Positions 12,831 to 25,628 are shown, counted from the whole stretch's first letter. The stretch: DNA of 59,099 nucleotides, filler included, from Diploschistes diacapsis (GCA_023645945.1; 4 parts of 4 records of this genome joined end to end with filler, not necessarily neighbours in it); one strand, 5' to 3'. Numbers and translations: made by a program. The notes: a model not told the origin generated them from the letters alone.

Positions 12831-13235
12831 CACCAGGAGCCAGTCGAACTTATTATCTACTTCGAATGGTTCGAAGCGGCTAGAGCAAGGCGTGATGAAA
12901 GTCAAGGTGTAAAAGTACGGTAAAGGACAAGATATACTAGCAGCATCAAGCATGGAGTGGGTATCAGCAAAGCCTGCGCAACTAGGAGCTTCTACTCTCC
13001 AAGGACGTGCTATTTTTTGCCATCCCCGAAAATCTGCCCATTCTCCGAGGTGCACGTTGCGACAAACTCAAAAGCTATCGACGGTGGGCTTTTCCGGGAC
13101 GGCCAGAGACATATAACGGTGGCCGTGATCAAGATGTTAAAATCATTGATTGTCTCGTCCTGTCTGGCAATACTTTATGGAGTAAAATGCTTCGCCGCTT
13201 TGCTCTGTAAAAAAACTGCGGCGACTCACCGAGCG

Positions 13236-14108
13236 ATGCTGAGAGTGGAGCAATTTTCGCCGCCGCGTGTTCAACCACGCATCAAGGAACTCTTGAACAG
13301 CGTCAATCGATATGCCCAACCTCTTATCCAGGTCGACACCTCGGTCGAGATGCAGCTGCTCGTTCTCACCCTGAGCACCGGCATCCAGGACGCCGAAAGC
13401 CTGCCCAACTTCCGCTGCTTCGCGTCCAACCAAACGGGCAACACCGTCATTCTCGCCCTCGGGCTCGCTGGATATTCGAGCGACCTGTTCGACATACACA
13501 ACGTGGCCATCAGCCTGGCGATGTTCGTGCTCGGAGCAACCGTTACAGGACAGCTGGGGAACTGGGTGGGCGGGAGACGGAAGGCGTGGCAAGTCTTGGC
13601 AAACTTCTGGCAGACGGCCATGGTCGTTGGCGCGGCTTGCCTGCAGTTCACTGGAAACGCGCACCAACCCGGTCCCTGCGTCATGGGCGCCATCGCTCTC
13701 CTTGCCTTTGCATCCGGAGCCCAGGTACGTAAATCTGGGGGCAAAAAAATATTCTGACCTTCCTAACCATCACGATGTTGTTGATGGATTGACGGATGAT
13801 GACCATGGCAGGTCGCGTCCGCAAGGGCGATGCAAATACCGGAGATCACAACGGCAATGGCAACGGCAGCCTGGGTGGACCTGGTGATCGACCCACGCGT
13901 GCTGGCGGCCGGCAACTGTTCGAGAAACAGACGGGCGTCCTTCCTGGTGGCGCTGGTGGTCGGGAGCTTCGTCGGGGCTCTGATGCACATCAAGGTCGGG
14001 CCATCCTGGGCCCTCCTGTTGTCGAGCGTCATCAAAATGGCGGTGACGGTGACGATGCTATTCACGAAGAGCAAGACAGAGAGGGAGTACGATGGCGCAA
14101 TAGTGTAA
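13236..14108 (+). CDS. DUF1275 (YoaK-like) multi-pass membrane protein
   Basis: LLVLTLSTGIQDA..FRCFASNQTGNTVILALG, LLAFASGAQV, IPEITTAMATAAWVDLVIDP, NRRASFLVALVVGSFVGA. One intron ~13724-13811. Start may be 13134. Confidence 0.8.
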
Positions 14109-14708
14109 ATAAAAAAAAAGAAAAAGTATGCTCTTTTTCGGGCATCGGGCCTGGGGCATAGAATCCGAAGAAACCGGGTGGTTGGTTTTTTCGCTCCCCA
14201 TAAATTGCTATTCCAAGGGCTTATTTTATCATTATTAGCCCAAGGCTTTTCTTTTCTTTTCTAAAGGCTGACCAAAGTTGGGGCGGTAAAAATCAGGTTG
14301 CAATTCAAGATGCTGCGTAACAACAATCGATATATATGCTCTCGCCGTGGGGATGGACGGCACGCTACGCATTGTCAAAGAACAACAACCCAATAACTAT
14401 CCCCCGTCCTGCCTTCGCCTTCCACCCCGGCACTTTTTTTTTCTTTTTCATTAGGAAACCTTTTTTGATGGGCGACTTGTCGGCCACGCCACGGCAAGAG
14501 TGCTTCGGTTCCCCCCCCCCCGTTTGTGGAGAAAAGGCACGCGAGCATGCACTTGCTTGGTCGAGCGATGGGGGCCAACGTTCGTGACCTTCCTCACAGG
14601 GCTCGCCGGTATTACTACTCGGTCCCCGTGTCGGACGCTCAAACCATTCGGAAGGGAGGCGGCTGAGAAGCGTTTGGAAACAGGGACGTGCAGGCTTCAG
14701 GAATACAA

Positions 14709-14808
14709 NNNNNNNNNNNNNNNNNNNNNNNNNNNNNNNNNNNNNNNNNNNNTTAATTAATTAANNNNNNNNNNNNNNNNNNNNNNNNNNNNNNNNNNNN
14801 NNNNNNNN
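14709..14808. other. Artificial contig linker (N44-TTAATTAATTAA-N44)
   Basis: Exactly 100 bp with a six-frame stop core. Identical linkers at 29516 and 44312. Confidence 0.98.
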
Positions 14809-15332
14809 GGGGAGAGAAAGGGAGGGAGATGGAGCGGAGCGGCCTTTTGGCTTAACGATAGGATGTGAGGAAGGTGAAGTGGTTCTCGTTGGGCGTTGCT
14901 GAGGGGCATCGATCGAGCGCGACTTTGAAACCCTACAGAGCACGAGCGAGCGATGGCGCTGGAGGCAGCAATTGGGTTTTTGTTTTGAGGGTTTCTTTTT
15001 TGAAGATGAATATGCCCTTGTAAATACAGGAATTTTTTATCACTATTATTGCAACCGGTCAGCATAAAAGGGTTAGCTGTTCGGGAACGTGCAGATATGT
15101 ACATTGGTAGACTTTATACCCCAAAGCTTGCAGTATTCGCGCCTCACATATATCTATGCTTTACAGGCAATTGACACCATCGCCCGAACCCCACTGCTCG
15201 TCGGTACAAAGAGCTGTGTCGTACACCAATTCTCGCCACGCCCCTCTTCCCTCTGCGGTCCTCGCCTAGCGCCAGGCTCATCAAGTTCCGCGAGCTCCTC
15301 GCAGCAACCCCCCACGGACGCCTTACTCATCC

Positions 15333-16566
15333 TCACCCATAGACAAGCGCGCTCACCCTCTCAACGTGCCTAGCCAAACCCTGCCTCCCGCGAACCATCC
15401 TCTTCAGCCTTCCCTCCTGCTCACCTCCCGCCCACTGCCCTGCTCCCATCCCCTTCTCATCCACTAGCAAAAACGTATACGCGAACACACTCGCGTCTAA
15501 CAAGCCAGGCTCGTTGGCGTTGAAGAACCACTCGCCCCCCCCTCCTCCCCCTCTTCCTCTCTCGCTCTCGCTCTCGCTCTCGCTCTCGTCCGAGCCCGAG
15601 CCCGAGCCCGAGCTTTGGAGTTCAGGCTCGGATTCGAGCAGTGCGCTCAGCGCCTCCAGCGCGCTCTCAGCGCCGGCATAGATAGTTTCTGTCGCTGCGG
15701 CGGAGTTTGTAGCGAAGATAGGGTATACCTTGATGATCTCAGCGCGGGCAGCTGTGCGCAGGTTGCGGAGGAGCGCGAGACGCACGGGGGTCGAGGTTGT
15801 GGTGGTGTGGATGTAGAGGGGTGCTATGAAGGTGTTGAGGTTGCGGGTGAGGTAGAGGGTGTGGAGCTAGAGAGGCGTAGAAATCAGGGTGTTAGCGAGG
15901 GTGTGGAGTACGAGGTTTGAAAAAGTGAGCAGGTGGTATGAGTGCAGGGAGGGGTTTGGGACGACGTACCCATGCTGGTCGTATGCGGTGCTCGATTAGC
16001 GAGATGTAGGCTTCGCGGCGTGTTTTCTCGCTTGTGCTCAGCGGACCAGGTGGGCTGCTTTGCTCGTGGATCCAGGACTGGAGCTTGGAGGCGGTGATGG
16101 GGAGGGGTGTGCGTGCTTCGCTGCCTGCTGGAGCGGGTTTCTCGGACGGTTTCTCGCGAGGCATCTTGTGTCGCTCATCTTGGTGCTCTGTTGCTGTTAT
16201 CACAAAGGGTAGCGCCCCGCTGGGCGAGGCGTGATTGCTTGAGGCTCTGACGTCGAAGTCGACGTGGCGCATGAGCATGTATGTTTGCCATTTCAGACAG
16301 GTGGGATTGAAGGAGGGGACGAGGCGAGCGTCGGCATCATTGCAGTCGGCCGAGGTATAACTGTAGAGGGTGTGCTTCTTTCGAGACGAAGCTGGAAGGG
16401 TGCGTTCGGGTAGGGGGTTGGCTGGGAGAGTGCGGAGAGGGAAGTGGGAGAAGAGGATGCGAACTGGTTTGGGCGTTTGTAGCCAGGAACGAGGCGATGA
16501 GGATGCTGGAGGCCGATTTTTGGGGGCCTTTGTTGCAGTAGAGTTGGGGGCAGATTGAGGTGGCAT
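15333..16566 (-). CDS. SAM35: Metaxin-family mitochondrial SAM complex subunit (Sam35-like)
   Basis: PVRILFSHFPLRT, PSFNPTCLKWQTY, SNHASPSGALPF, GST-C-like WFFNANEPGLLDASVFAY. Intron ~15969-15867. Confidence 0.8.
15558..15612. repeat. Coding microsatellites (CTCTCG)n and (GAGCCC)n encoding SE and GS runs
   Basis: Tandem hexamers visible in the sequence. Protein reads SSGSGSGSDESESESESE. Confidence 0.85.
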
Positions 16567-17183
16567 GAGCCCCTAGGTGTAGGTGGGCGATAATGGGGAT
16601 TGATGAAGTTGAAAATGATATGACGAATGTGCTGTGTTTTGTCTGCCAAGAACATTCAGCCTTGCGGCCTATACAGAGATTTGCCGGGTTGAACTTTTGA
16701 TTTTGACATCCAATGATTCCAGGAACCAGGCAATTACGATACCCCCCCAGCAGTCTACTACTGTTACATCAATTGTCGCTAAAAAAAGCACTGCACCGAT
16801 GGGAACCACAAGAAGGCGCAGTCACTGTAACTCCAGCATACAGCAAGACTTATTGAAGAGCTTGCAAAGCAAATGCGTACCGAAAGCACGGGTGATAACG
16901 TTATGCGTCAACCGTGCCGGTCGTGGTGGTATTTTTCACAGCAAAGCGGTTTTTTGGCCTTAAGATTTTGTCCCTTCTCCTAGCTCGAAAGTTTCACACG
17001 TTTGGTGGTGGCGCCATACCTGTCGCTTCCCTGCTGCTGACCGGCACAGCACCCGGTCCGCACGTTGAGGTCCAGAGGCTATTGGATGCGTAGCTTCTGG
17101 AGCTGTATCATCACCATTACAAGATGACCGTTGTTCCGGTCTTGTCTTCGGATCGACAGCTGAAACGAGTTTGAGATTCTAGA

Positions 17184-17759
17184 TCAAATGCTTTTCCACG
17201 CCTCCCTCCCCTCCCAGCCGTCTCCCCATCCCATCTCTCCGACCTTACGAGCTGGCCTGCCGCCTACGATGTCACCGGGTCCCACTACCATTCCTGGAGG
17301 CACGACGGCGCCATCCAGTACCTTAGCTCCATCTTTTACCGTGGCAAGGCGACCTACGATGGCTCCCGCACCGATCCACACGTTAGATCCCAGACTGGCC
17401 GCCTCGATGACTGCGCCAGGACCAATGTAAACATGGTCGCCTATCTTCTGTGGGTGGTGGGAGAACTGGCCGCGGTGCAACTTGCGAGGGGGGTGTAGAA
17501 TAGAGGCTGGTGCCAGAAGGGTGTATTTACCAGTGGAGATAGCTAGCTGCTGTGAAGGCTGCGATGAGGTTGTTGATGCCTGGGACGAGGACGAATGGGT
17601 GGCAGTCCTTATAAGATCACCCCTGACTACAGCCTCTGATTGGATCACGGTCCGACCTCCAAGGATGATGTTTTGCGTGCCATGGATGTTGGAGCGGCGG
17701 GAGACCTTGTTGCCCGTCTCGGTCTCGATGTACTCGCCTTTTATCACTTTGGGTGGCAT
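17184..17759 (-). CDS. DCTN5: Dynactin subunit 5 (p25), left-handed beta-helix
   Basis: KGEYIETETGNKVSRRSNIHGTQNIILGGRTVIQ..VRGDL, then hexapeptide repeats (IGDHVYIGPGAVIEAASLG). Confidence 0.9.
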   Translation of the reverse strand: MPPKVIKGEYIETETGNKVSRRSNIHGTQNIILGGRTVIQSEAVVRGDLIRTATHSSSSQASTTSSQPSQQLAISTGKYTLLAPASILHPPRKLHRGQFSHHPQKIGDHVYIGPGAVIEAASLGSNVWIGAGAIVGRLATVKDGAKVLDGAVVPPGMVVGPGDIVGGRPARKVGEMGWGDGWEGREAWKSI

Positions 17760-18446
17760 TGTTGGTCAGGCATAGACTGTGAAGCAGACGACGGGTGACT
17801 AGCGCAGCTGGCTCATTGCACGGAGGTGGAAGAGCGTGTACTGAACTGCCCATATAAATTAAAGTCCTCGGCACGAAAAAATCGGTTGTACAAACCCCTG
17901 GTCCTGGAATTCCTGGGAACAACGTGGCGTGGGGGAGAAAGAAGGATAAGGATGAGGAATGAGGATGAGGATGAGGATGGGATGGGGAGGATTAGGTGGG
18001 CGTGCCGAAAACAGCCCGAGGGAACCGCATAAGTTCATAGTTCGCACCGAGCAACGCCACCTTGAACCAACTCTACGTGGCGCGTTTGGCAGCCAGCCCT
18101 ATCACGCTGTCGCTTACCATCCTCGGCCTAGTAGTCCAGCCTCGGCCTAGCCTCCCAGCCTTCTTAGCCTTCTTTACGATGCCCTCGCATTTGTCGTAAT
18201 ACTGGGCTGCGTATAGTTATACGCAATATTAGCGAGCAAAATAACGATTGTTCTGTTATTGTTTTCGTGATATCTGAATTAAGAAACCGTCCATTTTGGC
18301 CAGATAGGAGGGGGACATGGGCGGTAAAACGGCGGCGATAGGGTTTCTGTCCATTTTGGATTAATTCGTAGAGTGCTGTGAGAGCTCTCGAGCTTTTATA
18401 GCAGTTTAATAAGAGCGTAGAGTGTCATGTGACCTCGTACAAGCTA

Positions 18447-18506
18447 CGTAGAGCATGTGCAGAGCCTCTACACATGCTCTACGCTGACCACCAAACAAGG
18501 GCCTAA
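18447..18506. repeat. 18-bp near-perfect hairpin next to a PIF/Harbinger-like terminus (CCAAACAAGGGCC-TAA)
   Basis: Arms 18447-18464 and 18466-18483 pair at 17 of 18 positions with a 1-nt loop. The terminus motif resembles Tourist/Harbinger ends. No matching left end was clearly found. Confidence 0.4.
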
Positions 18507-19096
18507 GTTGCTGCTGTGATGCTGTCATTCTATCTAATGTAATGCCAGATGGCAGGAACTGCTTTCACTCCGACTTCGAACTACCAAGCGACTACTACCA
18601 CACATCCTGCATGTACCTGCTTTCAAACTCTTCAGGGGAACGCTAGGCGCAGTCAGGAGAAGTACCTATGTCGCAGCAGCTCTCGCTTCAAAGGCTTGAC
18701 AACGTTGGATCGTTTATGATCTGAGTAATATCAGTTATCCGCCGCATCAATCGGCTGATTATTGTGGTTACCATTCTCTCTTCCCTACTGTTCCTGTACT
18801 ATTGGTTTGGCCGAGCTGAGGTGGAGTCTAGAGAGCTTCGCATCAGCGCATTTGCGTTGTGCTGATCTACTTTTAGAACCCGAGCTAAAATGCGGCGTCG
18901 AACTAAGTCTCCGAACCTTAACATCTCAGCGAAGTGCCTTGCGAGTTGCCTTCAATAAGGACTGTGTCATTTTCCACTGCCGAGGCAGTCATGTTTACCA
19001 CTCGAGACCTACCGTTCTCGCGTTTTCTTCTCGAATATGATATTATATAACTCCAGCGCCAGGCCCCAAGAAGTTTTTCCCTTTGCACCTTGCGCG

Positions 19097-22000
19097 ATGC
19101 CCGATGATACACTAGTCTCTACCACAGCGTCGGCGGCAATATTGACCGGGATATTGTCACCAATGGATTCCCTGAACGGTCACAGTTCAACAGTTAAACC
19201 TGGAGGCCTGAAGCACCGTAGAGCGCCTACTTTTGCTACGGGGAGAGACATTTTCCCCAAGAAGGAACGTAGCTTTTCTTCGTCACTCGAAGGACTCAAG
19301 CCCCAGTTGGGCCCAAAAGCTACCCCAGAAACGAAACCAACCAACTTCCCTCGCATATCGAAGCCGGTAGAGCTGTTGAGGCATGAATACGATGTTGTCG
19401 TTATCGGATCCGGTTACGGTGGCAGTGTGGCGGCGAGCCGCATGGCTCGTGCCCGCCAATCCGTTTGCTTGCTGGAACTTGGCCGGGAGAAATGGCGTAT
19501 GATATTGCCTTTCCGCCAGATGATGGATCGCGACTAACATGCGCTTAGCGGGCGAATACCCGGACACGACGCTGAAGGCCTTGAAGCAGATGCACGTCTC
19601 TGGCGACTTCGTCCCATCGGATACCTTCCAAGGCGCGGTAGCTGAGGGCGATGCTACAGATCTTTACCATTTGATCCTTGGCGAGGGCCAGAATGCTTTT
19701 GTAGCTAATGGTCTGGGCGGCACAAGCCTTCTCAACGCTAACGTGTTCCTGGAGGCTGACCACAGGACCATGGCCATGAGCCCCTGGCCAAAAGAAATCC
19801 GCAATGATCCTTCTTGCTTGGACCCATACTATCAGCGGGCGAGGAAAATGCTGGAACCAAAGCCTTACCCAAACGACTGGCCGCGGCTTCCGAAGATGGA
19901 GACCCTGCACCGGCAAGCGGAGGCGCTCGGGTACGGCGCCAAGTGGCGTGAGGTTGATCAAACGACTAGGTTTCAGGACGGCCTCAACAGCTGTGGAGTC
20001 CGGATGAACAAGAGCAAACTCACTGGCATGGACTCGACAGGACTAAACGATGGTAGTAAGTCGAGCACGCTGGTGAACTACCTGGCCGATGCTTGGAATT
20101 GGGGCGCCGAAATGTAAGTTTGATTAAAATGGAAGAAACCGAAAAACTAAGGTGGACGCAGGTTCTGCGCTTGCGAGGTGAGGTATATAGTAAAGCACCC
20201 AAAAGAAGGTCATCTCATCTTCTTTGCATGGCACGGTTGCCGCAGACAAAAGTTCAAGGACATTTTCTACCAGGACCTGATGTGGGTTCATGCAAAGAAA
20301 ATGGTCTTCCTGGGTGCTGGCACCTTAGGTACGACGGAGATTCTACTGAGGTCCCAGGAAATGGGCCTGAGAATGAGCGACACCGTAGGTCAGAACATGA
20401 GCGGTAACGGTGACATGCTTGCATTTGGGTACATTGCTCTGCTCAATCTTACTGTCAAATCAGTGGGCGCTGATCAAGGCTTTAGCTATAACATGAAAGA
20501 CACTGTCAGAGCAATGGGCAAACCAAATCCTTCGACCGACGAGCCCATCGGTCCCACTATTACTTCGATCGTCGACTGCCGAGATCAGGAAAATCCTTTA
20601 GATGGCTTCGTTATTGAAGAGGGTGCAGTGCCGGAGGCTCTGGTTCCCTTTATGCAGACTATGCTCGATCTCATGCCGGGCAAAGTCAGACCCAACGGTC
20701 TGACGCGGAGCGAGCGCCTAAAGAGACTGATAGCAAGTGCCAGAAGCCGTTTCTTTGGGTTCTACTCTACCAAAGGAAGTTTGGAGAAGACCCAGGTATA
20801 TCTAATCATGTGCCACGACGACAATCAGGCCGTGTTATCCCTGAGAAACAACAAGCCCTACCTGCAATTCAGAGGGGTCGGGCGGGCAGAGCACGTACGC
20901 AAGCTCAACAAGAAGTTGGAAAAGGCAACCAATGCTCTCGAAGGAACTTTTATCGACAATCCGTTCGCGGCAGTCTTTTCGGGACAAGAGGTATGTCGTT
21001 TGCCGACCCACGCTTTCGCCAGCACTAACGTCGTGCAGATCACGGTCCATCCAATTGGTGGCGCTTCGATGAGTAATACTGACTCGGCGGATAACGGTGT
21101 CACGAACCACCTCGGCGAGATCCTCGTTGACAAGGTTGGCGGGGTTCACGACGGGCTTGCAGTAGTAGATGGAAGCGTAATCCCTACCGCACTTGGGGCA
21201 AATCCGTTTGCAACGATTACGGCAATCGCTGAGCGCTCCGTAGAGAAGTTAGCAGAGAAGCACGGTCTCGCTATTGATTACGAAACCAGGAATGGTGCGT
21301 CATGTCAGCAAAATCGTACGATTTATCGATGCGCTGACTGTTTGGACAGGCGAGCTAGACTTCTTCAAGGGGCCCGAGCACCCATTGCCCGAGGTGCATA
21401 TTAACAAGGATGCAGAGTTTGTGAGGCAAGCCCTTGTTGCGAAGAAACACGGCTTGGAGTTCACGGAGATGATGACCGGACACATTCACATAGGCCACTA
21501 CATCGAGGAGTACGAAGTCGCCGAACGCCTCGCAAGGGGCCATTGCGAAGAAGCTCGTTTCTTCCTCTCAGTGCACGCCTATGATGCCGATACTTTCCTC
21601 TCGAGCGACGAACACAAGGCAATGCTGACGGGAACCTTTACGAGCGGGGCTTTGCCGGGTAGCCCATACATGGTAACCGGCGGCAGCTTCCAGTTATTCA
21701 ATGACGACCCACGAATCCCGGATACGAAGAACCTGACCTACGATTTCGATATGGTGGGGATCGACGGAAGTGTTATTCACTTCAACGGCTACAAGGTCAT
21801 CAACGACCTTGCCGCCTTTTCCGTCCCTGGAACATGGAAAGCCACTACGACACTCATGGTGACGCTGACTGACCGGAAAAAACCAGACGACGAAAAATTC
21901 ATCGGCCGCGGAATGCTTTACCTAGATCCTTACGACCTCATCCATGAGCTCAAGACGTTCTACTCCAGTATACACTCAGCCAAGGCATTCCTATCTTACT

Positions 22001-23247
22001 TTGTGAAGGAGCTCGCGCACGTGTTCTTTGCTCCGTTCGATTTGCTTGACTGGCCCCAGTTCCACTACGAGAGCTGGCCGCAAAAGAACGAGCCGAGTCG
22101 CATATTCCAAGTTGCTGCCCGAGATGGCGTCCACACGGCTCTAAAGATGTGGGAGCCTCACGTCGGTACAGATAGGCGTGACATGGATGTTTTTTTCGTA
22201 CCGGGCGCCGCCGTGGATGAATCCATCTTTGCACTCGATACCATTGATTTGAACGCTATCACCTACTTCCGAAAGAAGGGCTATCGTTGCTTCTGCCAAG
22301 TCCATCGCGTTGGGAAGACGCCGCTAGCGAAGCAGGGCTACACTACCTACCATGCCAGGCTGGATGTTGCCGCTGCAATAGACAAGATCCAAGCTCTGCG
22401 TGAAGATGCCGATCCGATACATCCAGAGTCTTACCCACCATTGGGCACTTCAAAAACGTACATCATTGCCCACTGCGCTGGCTCGATGGCTTTGTCCATG
22501 GGGCTATTGGACGGGAGCGTGGACACGTCCTCTATCGCCGGTATCACGGCTTCCAACGTCTTCATGGACCCGAAATTTGCTTTTATCAACAACACTAAAG
22601 CTTCTTTCCCCCTGCCTCTACCGAGCGTCTACTCACTCCTGACACGATCGGAGTGGTTCGACTGCACCTCGATGCCGACCGACACTTTTGTACAACTCGG
22701 CTTAAATCAGCTCCTTCGCTTCTATCCGCCTCCATCAAAGAGCGACATCTGTAATTCAGTCGTCTGCCATAGGTCCTCTCTTGCATTCGGTATGCTCTGG
22801 AAGCATCAGAATCTCAACCAGGACACGCACAGGCAGCTCGAGAAAATAGTGGGTGGGACTTCGATGAAGTCGCTGAAGCATTTAATGGCCATGGGAACGA
22901 AGGGCACAGTTCTTACAGCTGGGCTCGAAGACAGTCTCGTTAATGAGGAAAATATCGAGAGACTCCGGGGAATTCCCATATTCCTGTTTTCTGGGGAGCA
23001 GAACTCAGTCTACGACCCAGAGTCTACCAAAGTCTCCTTCGACCGCCTACAAAATCAATTGGGCGAGCAATTTTACCGGCGCGAGGTCATTCCGGACTAT
23101 GGGCACCTTGACTGCTGGATGGGTACGAAGGCATACAAGAAAATCTATCCAAAGGTGCTCGAGCATTTGGAGCTGGTTGGTGATTACGTGGCGGACAAGG
23201 GAGTCAACGGCTTCGAGGGCATCAAGACGAACGGGCACGCTCATTGA
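19097..23247 (+). CDS. GMC/cholesterol-oxidase-like flavoprotein fused to a C-terminal alpha/beta-hydrolase domain
   Basis: YDVVVIGSGYGGSVAASRMAR (FAD), GLGGTSLLNANV, VFLGAGTLGTTEILLRS, TVHPIGGA, VVDGSVIPTALGANPFATITAIAER. C-terminal AHCAGS and YGHLDCWMG. About 5 short introns. Confidence 0.85.
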
Positions 23248-23434
23248 AAACCGTCACGAGATATACTATCATTCAATGGGCGTTAAAAGGGGGTATATAC
23301 CAAGAGCATGGGGATTATATCGTTCTATGGGTCATATCTACTTTCTTTGTTTTTGGGTTAGCGCATGTGGACCGCATTGGAGAGAGGACACGGGGAGGCG
23401 CAAGTTCTGGCGACTGCGGATTTCCTTCTTGCAT

Positions 23435-23470
23435 AGGAGGAGGAGGAGGAGGAGGAGAAGAAGAAGAAGA
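23435..23470. repeat. (GGA)n(GAA)n microsatellite
   Basis: Visible trinucleotide runs. Confidence 0.9.
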
Positions 23471-23914
23471 TTTTATTCGCGATGATGAATTCTTGGATAT
23501 AATTGATCACCCGGTTGGCATACGCGGTATCCTACGCCATTAATTGCGCCTTAAGCTTTCGTGATCTTATCGTTTGTTGCTGTAGCATCTGGGGAGACTT
23601 TGGAGATATGTCTGCTGTGTCTTGGCGGCGCTGTTTTGCGATGTGTAGATTAGATTAAATAGTACGAGCAAGCCATGTTAGGATGCGAAAACAGCGTACT
23701 GTGATACTGCTAACTGTATGCTTTTCAGAGCGTTGTATGTTTGCTGCCGCATTGATCATCCTAACCCCCTCCTTATCATCACGATTAGGTCTTTCCTATG
23801 CACTCACCATGCCCTTACTTTGCTCCGCTGCTGGAAAGCACACAAGGACGATACGCGTTCAATCAATAGTTGCTGAGAGGCTGCTCTCAAGCAGCCAGCA
23901 CCGGCCTCCTTGGA

Positions 23915-25628
23915 ATGCCTAGGTCAAGCGTGCTCCAGGTTCCCTCCAGCACACAGACACCGGTACCCTTGCGACCACACAGCCCGCTTTCCTCGAAACC
24001 GCAGACTCCTCAGCAGCCAGACCCTAGCGGCAAGCCTTTGTGCGGATACGGGCAAAGGCGTGGTAATGCACATGGGGATGGCTTTCGCCTCGTTCACGGC
24101 ATACCACTGCCACCGCACATGGCGGCTCCGATGCAAGACGGCTTCCGCACACCAACATGGGAAGATTATGAAGACCACTTTCGAAATAGACAGAACCAGT
24201 TTGAAACCGTCCCTCCCGACCAAGGATCCGTCAATGGTCACGTCTCTTTTATGGGATCGGCGCTTCAAAAATGGTCGTGGAGGTCAGGGCCTGAGCGGGA
24301 AAGGCCTCTGAGTTTGAGCACGATGTCGGAGAAGCTGGATGATGAGGTACACTGGAAACAGAGGATGAGGCACTTTACATGGAATTTCTTTTCCATGACC
24401 ATGGCCACGGGAGGCATCGCGAACGTGATACATACAGGTAAAGATACCCATGAATCTCTCGCAGGAGCGCTAGCTAAAGGTAGGTATGTACAGTACCGTA
24501 TCGCTTTGCCGGGCTGGATACGGTTGGGACGATATTCTTCCTCTTCAACACATGTCTATTCATTATAAATGTATTCTGCATATGCGTTCGATTTACTGTC
24601 TGGCCGGAGACCCTCAAGGCCTCTGTGACACATCCCACGGAATCGCTGTTCATGCCTTCGGCGGTGGTTTCATTGGGAACAATATTACTGAATATCTGTC
24701 AATATGGGCTCGGTCAAGTCGGCTTTTGGCTCAATGACGCCGTTGTCGTTCTCTTTTGGTTCTATGTCGCTTTTGCAATCTTGGCTTCCACCGGCACTTA
24801 TCTGCTAATGTTAGTATCTTCGGCGATCCACTATCAGTTCCCGTACTTATGCATTGCAGTTGGTCAACGCAGACATTTACTATTGCCCAAATGACCCCCA
24901 ATTGGGTATTCCCTGCTTACCCTCTGCTTATAGTCGGTCCCTTGGCAGGCTTCTTAGCCGCTTCTCTGGAGCAGAAGCGAGCCTTGGACATCATCATTGC
25001 GGGCTTTACATGTCAAGGAATAGGCTACCTCGTCTCCATCACCATCTATAGCGCATTCATCTACCGTTTAATGACCCAGAAGCTGCCCCGCGAAGCCGTC
25101 AGGCCAGGTATGTTTGTGTCTGTTGGGCCAAGCGGCTTCACCTGCGGAGCCATGATCAACATGGCAGGAGCAGCAGCTGTGGCTTTTCCACCTACCTTCA
25201 TGGGCAATGGAGCTCTTGCCGCCACGATAGTCAAGGTTGTTGCCAATTTTGCAGCGCTCTGGATATGGGGCCTTGCCATCTGGTTCTTCATCGTTTCGGT
25301 TGGCGCTCACTGGTCATGCATCGGCCATGGCGGGCTACGGTTCGCAATGACCTGGTTCTCCTTCATCTTCCCCAACTCCGCCTTGATCACAGCGACATTT
25401 GCGGTGGGGAAAGCATTTGGTTCCTCTGCTATACCCTGGGTTGGCTGCGTCATGACATGCATCCTTGTAGCTCTTTGGCTCTTCGTTTTCGCAGCCATGA
25501 TCAGAGCTATCTTCCTCAAGCACATTCTCTGGCCCCAAAAGCAAGACGATAAAGATGAAGGTGGCTTCAAGGGACCGAAGCCCTCAAAAACCTTTATGAG
25601 AGATGTGCAGCACGTCCTGCCAGTCTGA
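23915..25628 (+). CDS. C4-dicarboxylate/malate transporter, Mae1/SLAC1 (TDT) family
   Basis: RMRHFTWNFFSMTMATGGIA, HPTESLF, QMTPNWVFPAYPLLIVGP, RPGMFVSVGPSGFT, FAMTWFSFIFPNSA. Introns ~24438-24492 and ~24810-24858. Start could be 24119 or 24323. Confidence 0.88.

Noticed and set aside
14753..14764. TTAATTAATTAA repeated at ~14.8-kb spacing
   Set aside because: Six-frame stop linker embedded in N runs, so it is an assembly artefact.
14110..15100. ORFs and homopolymer-rich sequence flanking the first linker (similar near 29616 and 44412)
   Set aside because: Looks like low-quality contig-end sequence with no recognisable protein motifs.
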